Below, piece after piece: positions 29,909 to 39,877 of a stretch of DNA of 64,000 bases. The translations under genes and the position numbers were made by a program. Location of the stretch: NCBI GenBank assembly GCA_965197645.1, contig OZ240219.1, positions 288,001-352,000 of the forward strand, given 5' to 3'. This DNA comes from Dehalococcoidia bacterium. Its GTDB lineage: Bacteria > Chloroflexota > Dehalococcoidia > Plut-88900. Within the stretch, counting starts at the first letter, position 1. Each line of letters opens with the position of its first letter. Below the pieces are notes generated by a model, which was given only the letters and a program-made list of their open reading frames with translations, was not told where the DNA came from and did no database searches.

Positions 29909-30463
29909 TCAGGCGCCGAAGGACTGCCGCAGCCGGTAGATGGTCATCTCCGGTTCAATGGGGGCTACGGGAACGGGATCCCCTTCCTCGATCTTGGCTA
30001 CGATGACCCAGGGGCCGTCTTCTCTGAGTGCCCGCTGGAAGGCTTCATCAAACGCCTCCATGTCCCGGACCGTCTCCGTCCTGCTTATGCCGGCGCCCTT
30101 AGCCACCTGCTCCAGGTCGGTATCGAACGCTGTGTGGGTAGGTTGATGGCCCGTCTGGCACCACTCCTCGTTGTCCCATACGACGACGATCAGGTTCCTC
30201 GGTTTCTCACGGGCTATGGTTGCCAGTGCCCCCATGTTCATGAGGAGGGAACCATCGCCATCGAGAGAGACGACCTTCTCATCCGTCGATAGGGCCACTC
30301 CCAGGGCTATCGAAGAGCAGAGGCCCATCGATCCGTAGGTGTAGAGGTTCCTATCCCTGTGCCCCAGCTTCCAAAGCTCGTCGGTGGTAGGACCCAGGTT
30401 GGACACCAGCACCTCGTTGGTGACGTGCCTTAGAAGGAGCTCGGTGGCCGGAATCCTAAGCAA
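29909..30463 (-). CDS. comE: TPP-dependent decarboxylase beta subunit (sulfopyruvate/phosphonopyruvate decarboxylase, ComE-like)
   Basis: GSMGL, DGDGSLLMN...DN TPP-binding motif. Confidence 0.8.
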   Translation of the reverse strand: MLRIPATELLLRHVTNEVLVSNLGPTTDELWKLGHRDRNLYTYGSMGLCSSIALGVALSTDEKVVSLDGDGSLLMNMGALATIAREKPRNLIVVVWDNEEWCQTGHQPTHTAFDTDLEQVAKGAGISRTETVRDMEAFDEAFQRALREDGPWVIVAKIEEGDPVPVAPIEPEMTIYRLRQSFGA

Positions 30464-30962
30464 GCTTGCCCCCGTGAAGCAGAGGGCTCAGGCACAGAGC
30501 CACGGGCTCCCGGCTGCTGTAGCAGAGCTTGAGGGCGCCGGACACCACCTTATCGAGGCGGTCTTCTGTGGTGAGATCGTAGTAGGGGATACCCAGGACA
30601 TCGAGGATCGGGCGGGTCGCCCGGCCCATGGCCACTTGGGCAATGTTGAACTCGCCCACCTCGCCGCGCAGGTTGATGAACATCGGCAACGGGATGCGGC
30701 AGGGGATGCATAGGCTGGAGATGGCGTTGATGGTGTTGCCGAAGCCGCTGGACTGCATGAACACAGCTGCGTTTCGGCCCGCGGCGTAGGCGCCGCCGGC
30801 GATCCCTAAAGCCTCCTCCTCACGGGTGGCGGCTATCACCCGGAAGTAGGGATCTTCCTCCAGCTGCTTCGTGACCTTGTCGATGCTGATGTCCGGTACG
30901 AATGAGACCAGGGAGACCTGGCTCTCCTTCAGTGAGTCCACTATGGTCTCGGCCCAGCCCAT
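30456..30962 (-). CDS. comD: TPP-dependent decarboxylase alpha subunit (ComD-like)
   Basis: VPD, TREEEALGI, MQSSGFGN, RG motifs; overlaps the beta subunit. Confidence 0.8.
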   Translation of the reverse strand: MGWAETIVDSLKESQVSLVSFVPDISIDKVTKQLEEDPYFRVIAATREEEALGIAGGAYAAGRNAAVFMQSSGFGNTINAISSLCIPCRIPLPMFINLRGEVGEFNIAQVAMGRATRPILDVLGIPYYDLTTEDRLDKVVSGALKLCYSSREPVALCLSPLLHGGKLA

Positions 30963-30972
30963 CGGATGGTTA

Positions 30973-32358
30973 CTATACCACCGGCCAGCGGTGCTGGGGA
31001 AAGGGTAGGCCCGTCCTGGCCAGCATCTCCTCGCCGACGGCCTGCACCTTCTGGATCAGCTCCCACTCGTCGACATAGGTGGGCTTGTGGTCTTCGATGA
31101 CCACTTTGCCATCGACGATAACGGTGTGAACGCTGCGGCCGTCGGCGTTATAGACCAGGGTGTTGACCGGGTTGAACAGGGTGCGCCATTCAGGCCTGCG
31201 GGTGTCAAAGAGGACTAGGTCCGCCTTCTTGCCCTCCTCGATGGAGCCGACCTGGTCTTCCAGGCCCAGGGCAGCTGCGCCATCGATAGTGGCCATCTCC
31301 AGGGCTTTCTCCGCGGGCATCACGTCGGTGGTCTCCCGTCCATCCTTGTACAGGGTTGCCACCAGGTACATGGATCGCATCGCCTCGACCAGATTGGAGT
31401 TGTTGCCCGAATCGGTGCCTATGCCGACACGAACACCCTTTTCCAGAAGCTCGGGCAGCATGCCATGACGGGTGGTGCCCGAGGCCATCTTCATGGCGGC
31501 CGTCGGACACATGACGACTTTGGCGTCGGTGCGGGCGATGCTGTCGACCTCAGCCTCGTCGAGACCCACGGCGTGGGCCAGCAGAACGTTGGGGCCCAGG
31601 GCGCCGATGTCCTCCATATAGACGGCGGGCCGCTTGCCGTATCTGTCCAGGTGCGCCTGCACCGAGTCCTGGCTATTGGCCATGTGTACGGTAGCCCCGG
31701 TGTCATACTCGTCGGCCAGCTTCCGAGCGGCCACCAGGATTTCCGCCGAGGCCTGGTCCGTCGAGAAGGGCATGGCCCAGGCCCGGACGCGTCCGTCCAA
31801 TCGGTGATCGAACTTACGGATCGCCTCCTCCATCTGTCTGATCGCTTCGTCAGGAGGGATGAGGGGCAGGTTGAGAGCGTTGGGCATGTCGCCAACCCCT
31901 GCCCCGATGATCACCCTGCAGCCCGATTCCTGATAGGCCTGCATGCAGGCGTCTATGTACTTGGTGCTGCCCGGGTCCAGGAAACAGGTGGTGCCGTACT
32001 TCAGCAGCTCGGTGATGGCGAGGAGGGAGGTCAGATACTCCTCCTCCTCGGTCATAGCGGACTGGAGCTTGAAGACGTTGGCCAGGTAGTCCTGGGGGTG
32101 CAGATTGTCGGGAAAGATGCCGCGGGTAGCGTGGGCGTAGCTGATGTGGATGTGCCCGTTGCAGAAGCCCGGGGTTACCACCATCTCCCGCCCATCGATG
32201 ACCCGGTCCGCGGAGACGTCCTCCATCTCCTCGGCCTTGCCCACACGGCTGATCCTCTGCCCCTCCAGCAGGACCGATCCGTCCCGAATGATGCGGCGCT
32301 GGGGGTCTAGCGTGAGAAGAAACCTGGCATTCTCTATCTTGATGGTCCGGTCTGCCAT
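30973..32358 (-). CDS. Amidohydrolase, Atz/Trz/MTA-SAH deaminase-like
   Basis: PGFCNGHIH, LAHAV, GTDS, GSIEEGKKADL. Confidence 0.85.
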   Translation of the reverse strand: MADRTIKIENARFLLTLDPQRRIIRDGSVLLEGQRISRVGKAEEMEDVSADRVIDGREMVVTPGFCNGHIHISYAHATRGIFPDNLHPQDYLANVFKLQSAMTEEEEYLTSLLAITELLKYGTTCFLDPGSTKYIDACMQAYQESGCRVIIGAGVGDMPNALNLPLIPPDEAIRQMEEAIRKFDHRLDGRVRAWAMPFSTDQASAEILVAARKLADEYDTGATVHMANSQDSVQAHLDRYGKRPAVYMEDIGALGPNVLLAHAVGLDEAEVDSIARTDAKVVMCPTAAMKMASGTTRHGMLPELLEKGVRVGIGTDSGNNSNLVEAMRSMYLVATLYKDGRETTDVMPAEKALEMATIDGAAALGLEDQVGSIEEGKKADLVLFDTRRPEWRTLFNPVNTLVYNADGRSVHTVIVDGKVVIEDHKPTYVDEWELIQKVQAVGEEMLARTGLPFPQHRWPVV

Positions 32359-32486
32359 GGATGTGTCCCCCTTGTTACATATAGCCGAGATTGCCCGCTA
32401 CGACCCGCTTTGTCATCGGCGCTTCGCCAGGCTGCCGCGGCCTCTCTCGCTTGGGAAAAGCAGTTGTGCTCGTTGTTACACCTTTA

Positions 32487-33230
32487 TCATGTGACCGAGG
32501 GCTTTGAGGGTTGAGTTTGAGGTTTTAGTTTAACGTAAATGAGCGAGGGCCCGCCTTTGGTTTTCGATTGCCGCATTTCGAACAGTTTAGGTCGAGACTT
32601 GATGAGCAGTGACAATTGCTTGTGTCCGTAGCTCCGGGAATCGAAGGCAGGATCCAACTGACGCAAGTAATCTCCGACTCGTCCAAGAAATGCCCAATCG
32701 TCGTCCTGAGCGGCCATCTCAATAGCGCGCACAACCGTTTCGGTCCAGTCTGACGAGGCCAACTCAACTACCTTGGAATCACCGCCCTCGTCAGGCGATA
32801 AATTCTCCGTGTAGACGAAAACCTCGCAAGCATTGACAAACGACTTGGGCGTATCCGATCGACCGATGCCCATCACGAACAACCCTTGCTCACGAATCCT
32901 CGTGGCTAGCCTCGTGTAGTCGCTGTCACTGGACACGATGCAGAAACCGGAAACGGTTCCACCGTGCAACAGGTCCATGGCGTCGATTATCAGGGCACTG
33001 TCGGTTGAGTTTTTCCTGACGGTGTAGTGGAACTGCTGTGCAGGTTGGATCGCGTGAGAATGAAGAGAGTCCTTCCACCCTGACATCTCCGACTTCGTCC
33101 AGTCACCGTAGATGCGTCGGGTCGTCACGACACCATATTTTGCCGTTTCGGCTAAGATATGCTCAATCAACGATGGCTGAGCGTTATCACCGTCTATCAA
33201 AATGGCGATAGGCCGTGCGTCGGTACTCAT
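32487..33230 (-). CDS. NYN (LabA/DUF88) domain protein with C-terminal OST-HTH/LOTUS
   Basis: IDGDN, RIYGDW, KNSTDSALIIDAMD, SSDSDYT, FDSRSYG. Confidence 0.9.
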   Translation of the reverse strand: MSTDARPIAILIDGDNAQPSLIEHILAETAKYGVVTTRRIYGDWTKSEMSGWKDSLHSHAIQPAQQFHYTVRKNSTDSALIIDAMDLLHGGTVSGFCIVSSDSDYTRLATRIREQGLFVMGIGRSDTPKSFVNACEVFVYTENLSPDEGGDSKVVELASSDWTETVVRAIEMAAQDDDWAFLGRVGDYLRQLDPAFDSRSYGHKQLSLLIKSRPKLFEMRQSKTKGGPSLIYVKLKPQTQPSKPSVT

Positions 33231-33386
33231 GGCTCCCTGATTATACCGAATAGCTCATCGGTCGCTATTAGTCCAGCCCGTTCAACCCTTGTCCTATCTC
33301 TCGTGGAAAGGTCGTGGAATTGAGCGGTTTGGTCACAAGGGATACAATGACCCCATCTCGCTAACCGATCTCCCCGGAGGTGCAAG

Positions 33387-35120
33387 ATGTCCAGGATATT
33401 CGCTCCCAACAGGCCACCGATTCAAGGCGTGACCCACATGGTCTCGTCAGGGCACTATCTGGCTTCTGCGGCGGGCTATCGAGTCCTGGAGGAGGGAGGG
33501 AACGCGGTGGACGCGGGCGTAGCGACGGGCATAGTCCTAAATGTCACTCTCCCTCACTGGACCAGCTTCGGGGGTGTGGCTCCCATCATGATCTACTCCG
33601 CCGAGTCGCAAGAGGTGGTAACCATCAGCGGACTGGGCAGGTGGCCCAAGGCCGCAACCCTGGACTACCTGTTGGAGCTGGGCGGCGGAGATATGCCCGG
33701 GATGTTGAAAAACGTCATACCGGCTGCCTGCGACGCCTGGCTCACCGCCCTGGAGAAGTACGGCTCGATGACCTTCGAGCAGGTGGTGACTCCTGCCCTG
33801 GAGCTGTGCGAGCAGGGGTTCGTGGTGCAGGGCACGCTGGCGAGGCATCTACCTCTGTCGAGGGAGCTGTTCGAGGCCAACCCAACGCTTCGACAGGTGT
33901 TCATGTCCAACGGCCGGGTCATGGGCGAACGGGACGTGCTGGTGCAGAGAGACTTGGGCAAGACCTTCCGGCGGCTCATCGAGGTCGAGCGCTCCCAATC
34001 CCACCAGGGGCGGCAGGCGGCAATCCGGGCGGCCAGGGACTACTTCTACAAGGGCGACATAGCCCATGAAATGGCCGAGTTCTCCGAGTCCAACGGTGGG
34101 CTAATCACCTACGAGGATATCTCGGAGTTCAGGGTCAAGCTGGAGCAGCCGGAGACGGGAGAGTTCAAGGGCCTGACGGTGTTCACCTGCGGGCCGTGGT
34201 GCCAGGGCCCATCGCTGATAGAGGTGCTCAACATCCTGGAGGGGTTCGACCTGAAAGGGATGGGGCACAACAGCCCCGACTACGTTCACACCCTCGCCGA
34301 AACGATCAATCTGGCCTTCGCCGACCGGCACTACTACGTCGGCGACCCGGAGTTCGTTCCGGTGCCCACGGCCGGCCTGCTGTCCAAGGAGTACGCCAAC
34401 GATAGGCGAGGGGCGCTGGACATGGCGAGAGCGTGGCCCGAGATGCCCGAGCCGGGTGACCCGTTCCAGTATCAGCCGGGCCCCAGGCCCGAATTTCAGC
34501 TGGCGAGGAAACCGGTCGCCAAAGAGGGCGCAGAGCTGCGGGACACTAGCTACCTGTGTGTAGTGGACCGGTGGGGCAACGCGATATCCGCTACCCCCAG
34601 CGACGGATATGGAACGCCCTTCGTGCCGGGCCTCGGGTTCAGCATATCGGGCAGGGGGACTCAATCGTGGCTGGAGGAGGACCACCCATCGTGCGTGGCG
34701 CCGGGGAAGAGACCTCGGTTGACGCCCAATCCGGCCATGGCTCTCAAGGACGGCAAACCCTACATGGTGTTCGGGACGCCGGGCGCCGACGTGCAGGTCC
34801 AGGCGATGACCCAGCTCCTGCTGAACGTGGTGGAGTTCGGGATGGACCCCCAGCAGGCCATCGAGGCCCCGAGATTCTCCAGCTACAACTATCCCCAGTC
34901 CTTCTGGCCCCACAGCTACCTGCCGGGGCTGCTCTGCGTTGAGCCGAGTTTGGGGCGGCAGGTGTCGGAGGACCTGAGCGCGCGGGGACACCGGATGCGA
35001 GACTGGGAGGAGAGGGACTTCCTCGCCGGTGGGCTGTGCGCCATCAAGGTGGACCAGGACCGGGGAACGCTGTCCGGAGGGGCGGACTTCCGCCGAGAGT
35101 GCTACGCCATGGGGAGATAG
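33387..35120 (+). CDS. ggt: Gamma-glutamyltransferase family protein
   Basis: GGNAVDA, DTS nucleophile Thr, PGKRP, GTPG, GGADFRR. Confidence 0.9.
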   Translation: MSRIFAPNRPPIQGVTHMVSSGHYLASAAGYRVLEEGGNAVDAGVATGIVLNVTLPHWTSFGGVAPIMIYSAESQEVVTISGLGRWPKAATLDYLLELGGGDMPGMLKNVIPAACDAWLTALEKYGSMTFEQVVTPALELCEQGFVVQGTLARHLPLSRELFEANPTLRQVFMSNGRVMGERDVLVQRDLGKTFRRLIEVERSQSHQGRQAAIRAARDYFYKGDIAHEMAEFSESNGGLITYEDISEFRVKLEQPETGEFKGLTVFTCGPWCQGPSLIEVLNILEGFDLKGMGHNSPDYVHTLAETINLAFADRHYYVGDPEFVPVPTAGLLSKEYANDRRGALDMARAWPEMPEPGDPFQYQPGPRPEFQLARKPVAKEGAELRDTSYLCVVDRWGNAISATPSDGYGTPFVPGLGFSISGRGTQSWLEEDHPSCVAPGKRPRLTPNPAMALKDGKPYMVFGTPGADVQVQAMTQLLLNVVEFGMDPQQAIEAPRFSSYNYPQSFWPHSYLPGLLCVEPSLGRQVSEDLSARGHRMRDWEERDFLAGGLCAIKVDQDRGTLSGGADFRRECYAMGR

Positions 35121-35190
35121 GGCGCTCCAGCTTGTATCAGTACAGCTGACCTCTCGGTACGAACTACCGCCGCTCACAACGACGACCTCT

Positions 35191-35390
35191 GTCATTCCGA
35201 GTCCATCGAGGAATCCTCTTCGTCGGGGCGTCGCAATCTGGCAAGTCGGGACGGTCGAACCAGACCAGATTGCTTCGCTCCCATCAGCCCTCCAGGACGA
35301 ACTTCCCCTCGCTCGCAATGACCACGACCGTTCGACCGAATACGCACCCTCGTCATTGCGAGGTCCGACAAAGTCGGGGCGTGGCAATCT
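35191..35390. repeat. REP/BIME-like cluster of three alternating palindromic units
   Basis: GTCATT(C/G)CGAG...GTCGGGGCGT(C/G)GCAATCT at 35191 and 35352, inverted AGATTGC...CTCGCAATGAC between them. Confidence 0.7.
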
Positions 35391-35568
35391 AGCGAGCGCG
35401 GTTAGGGCCGCCTTTCAAGAGGGTTAGGCTTTGTTCCTTGGGACTACGCCGTAGGCCTCCTTAGATAGCACAGCGTACGAGGCCAAAGGCGACGGAGAGG
35501 CCGCCCGGTGGGAGCATCGGCCCAGATACTCATGTATACTCGGCATCGACCTGAGTGGGACCCCAACG

Positions 35569-36828
35569 TTGACTGAAACCCTTCCGCTACGAACCGTTGC
35601 TCCTGCGGAAAGCTCCGCCCGCTGGCTTATGCTGGCCCTCCTCTGGCTGCTCTACTTCTCCTTCGGCCTGACGATGGGCTCCGTTGCGCCGTTGGTCACG
35701 CCCATCCTCGATGATCTCAAAATGAGCTCCAGCCAGATGGGCCTGGTGCATGGCAGCTGGCAGCTGATCTACGTGTTTCTCTCGCCGCCGGCGGGCGCCA
35801 TCGTCGATAAACTGGGGATCCGCCGGTCCATGGGGATCGGCATCTCAATCGTATGGATTTCGATGGTGGTCAGGGGCCTGTCCATCGACTTTACAACGCT
35901 CATCCTGGCCGTATCTGTCTTTGGTATCGGCGGCCCGTTTTTATCGGTAGGAGCACCCAAGCTGGTGTCGGTCTGGTTCGCCGGCCGGGAGCGCGGCCTG
36001 GCCGCCGGGGTCTATGCCACTGCCCCGCCTGTCGGACTCGCCTTAGCATTCGCCACCGCGAGCAGCGTGGTGCTTCCCGTCACCGATACCTGGCGAGGAG
36101 TCTCCGTGGTCTACGGCGTGATCATCCTGCTAGTGGTCAGCGCCTGGTGGCTGCTAGCCAGAGACCCGGGGCCGTCTTCAGCTCCCGACGCTGCACAGTC
36201 GACCATAGAAACTCAGTCCACCCGCTCCGCCTTCGCGTCGTTGATCCGGCTCAGGAACGTCCAAGTGCTGCTGTTCATATCGTTGGGACAGTTCGTGCTG
36301 ATGTCGGGCCTGAGCGCCTGGGCTCCCGCCATCCTGGAGGAGAAGGGGATGACCCTCTCGCAAGCGGGACTGTGGACCGCGGTGGCAACAATCGTCAGCA
36401 TTGTCAGCGTCGTATTCGTTCCCGGCCTTGTCAAACACGGGTTCAGGACCAAGGCCGTCGCCGTCCTCCTCCTGGTCTCGGGACTGGGCGCATTCGGCAT
36501 GGGCTTCTTCGATGGCCCGCTCCTTCTCACTGGCCTGATGGTCTTCAGTCTCAGCAGTCAGCCCCTGCTTCCCCTGACCACGTTGGTGTTGATGGAGACG
36601 CCAGGTGTTGGAGCGGCGCGCATGGGGGCGGCTGCGGGCCTCTTCTTCTCCACCGGAGAGCTTGGTGGGTTTCTGGGGCCCCTTTGCATGGGACTGCTGA
36701 GGGATGCGACAGGCCTGTTGAACCCGGGGTTCATGATGCTCGGGGCCGTATCCGTCTTTCTGGTCTCCCTCCTGCCCATCGTGAGAGAGAGCCCATTGGT
36801 GGAGTCCCGGTCCGCGGCTACTGCATAA
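35569..36828 (+). CDS. MFS transporter
   Basis: About 12 hydrophobic helices; GAIVDKLGIRR motif A; WF..RERG.A.G. Confidence 0.9.
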   Translation: MTETLPLRTVAPAESSARWLMLALLWLLYFSFGLTMGSVAPLVTPILDDLKMSSSQMGLVHGSWQLIYVFLSPPAGAIVDKLGIRRSMGIGISIVWISMVVRGLSIDFTTLILAVSVFGIGGPFLSVGAPKLVSVWFAGRERGLAAGVYATAPPVGLALAFATASSVVLPVTDTWRGVSVVYGVIILLVVSAWWLLARDPGPSSAPDAAQSTIETQSTRSAFASLIRLRNVQVLLFISLGQFVLMSGLSAWAPAILEEKGMTLSQAGLWTAVATIVSIVSVVFVPGLVKHGFRTKAVAVLLLVSGLGAFGMGFFDGPLLLTGLMVFSLSSQPLLPLTTLVLMETPGVGAARMGAAAGLFFSTGELGGFLGPLCMGLLRDATGLLNPGFMMLGAVSVFLVSLLPIVRESPLVESRSAATA

Positions 36829-37017
36829 ACCTATGTCATCTACGGACTCGGCGCATGCACCCGGTGATGCCTACCCTCGAGTGACGGTTACTGACAACGT
36901 GGGTGAGGCGCTTGTCGAGCTAGGCCAGGTCAGCCGGGCCAACGAGTACGCCGTGCGTCACCACCTGCCCTCCGGCAAGCCGGGGAGACTGCACAGTCTG
37001 AGTCTCGAGACCGCAAA

Positions 37018-37187
37018 CAGGCTGTTGAAAAATGGGCTATGCAGACGGGCGAAGCAAATTCTTCTGAGACTGTCTGCTGAGGGCCGGGAGTCTGAGGGTG
37101 TCCCTCAGAGACAATCTCTATTTCTGCCCCATTCCTGGCCAAAAATGGGGCAAGGGGGATGGTCGAAAGGGTTTTTTCAACACCCTG
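37018..37187. mobile_element. MITE (170 bp), copy 1
   Basis: TIR CAGGCTGTTGAAAAA / TTTTTCAACACCCTG (14/15); homologous to 48526-48718. Confidence 0.75.
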
Positions 37188-37260
37188 CTAACGGGGTGAA
37201 CAAGGATAGGGCGTCGCCGGATCGTCCAAACCGCTGCCGGACAAAAGACGGGAGGAGACT

Positions 37261-38661
37261 ATGGACCTGGTAATCAGAGGCGGGACCGTGGTTACCGCAG
37301 AGAGCAAGTACGCGGCCGATGTAGGAGTCCGGCATGGGAAGATCGCTCAAATCGGGGGTGATGTTTCCGCCGCCAGGGAGATCGATGCCAGCGGCAAGCT
37401 GGTGATACCCGGCGGTGTCGATGTTCATACGCACCTGGAGCGCTCCGACCTACTGCATGCCGGTGGGGAGCTCCGGGAGGACGGCCTTCCTCGCATGGTG
37501 GACGATTACTACGCCGGTACCGCCGGTGCGGCCATAGGGGGCGTGACCACCATCGGCAACATGGTGGCCCCCGAACCCACCGAACCCATTGGTCTCAGTG
37601 AGATGCTGGAGCGCTCAGAGGCCGACGCCCTCGCCAGCTCCATGATCGATTTCACCTTTCACCCCACCATATACGACCCCTCTCCGAAGGCCATAGCCGA
37701 GCTCCCTCGCCTGGTTGAGGAGGGTTACACCAGCATCAAGATCTTCACGCTCTACAACTTCGATAACCGGGTCGACGACTTCATCAACGTCATCGACGCC
37801 GCCGGTCGCAACGGCATTCTCACGATGGTCCACTGCGAGGACCGGCCGATCAATCAGTTCCTGGAACGGCGCCAGATCGATCAGGGGAAGTCCGACATAC
37901 GCTACTGGGCTCAAACCCGCCCCGACTACGCAGAAGCGATCGCGACGGCGCGCGCCGTCGCCATCTCCAAGGCCGTCGACGCCGCCGTCTACATCGTCCA
38001 TCTTTCCTCGAAGGCGGCCCTGGACGTCACCCGGCGCGCCAATGCGGCAGGTCAACAGGTCTACGTGGAGACCCGACCGATCTACCTGCACTTGACCAAC
38101 GAACGCTACCAGCTGCCCGATGGCGCCAAGGACGTGGGCTGGCCCCCGCTCCGCGACCAGTCCAACGTGGACGCACTTTGGCATGGACTTACCACTGGGG
38201 CCATACACACCGTCTGCACCGACCACGCTCCCTGGACGCTGGACCAAAAGCTGGACCCCACCCTCAACGTGAGCAGCTTCCTGCCGGGCATGGCCAATCT
38301 GGAGACGGTGATGCCCATGCTCTACTCCGAGGGTGTTCGGACCGGCAGGATATCGGCGAACAGGTGGGTGCAGCTGGTCTCTACCAACGCCGCCAAGCTG
38401 TTCGGCATGTTCCCTCAGAAGGGCTCGATAGCCGTGGGTTCGGACGCCGACCTGGTGGTTTGGGACCCGGACCGGAAGCGTACCATCCGGGGTGAGGAGA
38501 TGGCCTCCAACGCCGGATACGACATATACGAAGGGTGGGAGGTCCACGGCTGGCCCGAATACACCATCTTGAGGGGGCAAGTGATCGTCAAAGACGGTGA
38601 GCTAAGGGCATCAAGAGGCCAGGGCCGCAGGGTCATTCGCGGGCCCCACAGCCCTTTGTGA
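37261..38661 (+). CDS. Dihydropyrimidinase / hydantoinase
   Basis: PGGVDVHTH, GGVTT, SIK carboxy-Lys, VHCED, PPLR, TDHAP. Confidence 0.85.
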   Translation: MDLVIRGGTVVTAESKYAADVGVRHGKIAQIGGDVSAAREIDASGKLVIPGGVDVHTHLERSDLLHAGGELREDGLPRMVDDYYAGTAGAAIGGVTTIGNMVAPEPTEPIGLSEMLERSEADALASSMIDFTFHPTIYDPSPKAIAELPRLVEEGYTSIKIFTLYNFDNRVDDFINVIDAAGRNGILTMVHCEDRPINQFLERRQIDQGKSDIRYWAQTRPDYAEAIATARAVAISKAVDAAVYIVHLSSKAALDVTRRANAAGQQVYVETRPIYLHLTNERYQLPDGAKDVGWPPLRDQSNVDALWHGLTTGAIHTVCTDHAPWTLDQKLDPTLNVSSFLPGMANLETVMPMLYSEGVRTGRISANRWVQLVSTNAAKLFGMFPQKGSIAVGSDADLVVWDPDRKRTIRGEEMASNAGYDIYEGWEVHGWPEYTILRGQVIVKDGELRASRGQGRRVIRGPHSPL

Positions 38662-38764
38662 TCCGGGTTTGGCAGGGTGGTTGTCCAGGCGACGAGGGCC
38701 GGATAACCGTATGCTAAGATGAGCGGTGGCAGGACCGGATGTGAGAAGGTGAGGTGGCCCGAGC

Positions 38765-39877
38765 ATGGCTACGTACAGGTTGATATCGTCTGATTCCCAC
38801 ATCATCGAACCGGCCGACCTCTGGGAAAAGAGGATCGACGCCAGGTTCAGAGACCGTGCGCCAAGCCTTGTCCGAGAGGGTGACAAGGACCAGTGGTACT
38901 GCGATGGCGTGGCATTCGGGCTCATCGGCACCAACCAACAGGCGGGGCTACGGTTCGAGGAGCCGGAAAAGCTTTCCGAAGAGGGAAGCATGGAGACCAT
39001 ACCGTTGGGCGGGTTGGACCCTCACGAGCACGTCAGGGACATGCAGAAAGACAGCGTATCCGGCGGGGTCCTCTATCCCTCCCAGGGACTGACCTTGTGG
39101 ACCGTTCCGGCGAGCGACCTGCTGGCCGCTGCCTTCCGTGCCTACAACGACTACCTGGCGGAGTTTTGCGGCGCACAACCAGACTGGCTCAAGGGCATCG
39201 CCATGATCACCGTGGACGACGCCGAGGATGCCGTCGAGGAGTTGAAGCGCGTGGCAGACCTGGGACTGGCCGGGGCCATGATCACGGTGCGTCCCATGCT
39301 TCGCTATGACCATCCCGCCTACGAGCACTTTTGGGCCGCCTGCCAGGACCTGGACATGCCTCTCAGCCTACATACGGGAACACGTCGCTGGATACCGGGA
39401 TTGGACCCGGCCAACCTGATGGCCGGAGACGCCCTGGACTTCCCCAACCGGGAGTACGATGCCCGGCAGTGCATCAGCGATATGATGTTCTCAGGGGTGT
39501 TCGAGCGTTATCCCAAGCTGAAGGTCGGCGTCATAGAGTTCGAAATCGCCTGGGCGCCCTACTTCATACGGAGGATGGACGAGTTCTACATGCAGCGGGC
39601 CCAGGGAGTCCACGGCAACCGGTTCGAAGGGGACGCCACGCCCAGCGATTTCTTTCGTAACCAGGTGTTCATCGGCTTCCAGGAGGATGACCTGGGGATT
39701 GAACTGCGCCATCACGTCGGCGTCGACAACCTGTTGTGGGGGTCCGACTATCCGCATGCCGAGTCCACCTTCCCCCGGTCCAGGGAGATCGTGGAGCGCA
39801 TACTGCAGGGCGTCCCCGAAGACGAGAAGGCCAAGATCGCCGGGGAGAACACGGCGAGGCTGTATCACTTCAACTAG
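38765..39877 (+). CDS. Amidohydrolase_2 family protein
   Basis: ISSDSHIIEP, LSLH, GVFERYPKL, WGSDYPHAEST. Confidence 0.88.
   Translation: MATYRLISSDSHIIEPADLWEKRIDARFRDRAPSLVREGDKDQWYCDGVAFGLIGTNQQAGLRFEEPEKLSEEGSMETIPLGGLDPHEHVRDMQKDSVSGGVLYPSQGLTLWTVPASDLLAAAFRAYNDYLAEFCGAQPDWLKGIAMITVDDAEDAVEELKRVADLGLAGAMITVRPMLRYDHPAYEHFWAACQDLDMPLSLHTGTRRWIPGLDPANLMAGDALDFPNREYDARQCISDMMFSGVFERYPKLKVGVIEFEIAWAPYFIRRMDEFYMQRAQGVHGNRFEGDATPSDFFRNQVFIGFQEDDLGIELRHHVGVDNLLWGSDYPHAESTFPRSREIVERILQGVPEDEKAKIAGENTARLYHFN

Noticed and set aside
34101-35387. 428-aa minus-strand ORF and small ORFs over the palindrome cluster
   Set aside because: Shadow of ggt extended through repeat DNA
36833-37273. 146-aa ORF upstream of the hydantoinase
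   Set aside because: Runs through the MITE; no protein-like signature
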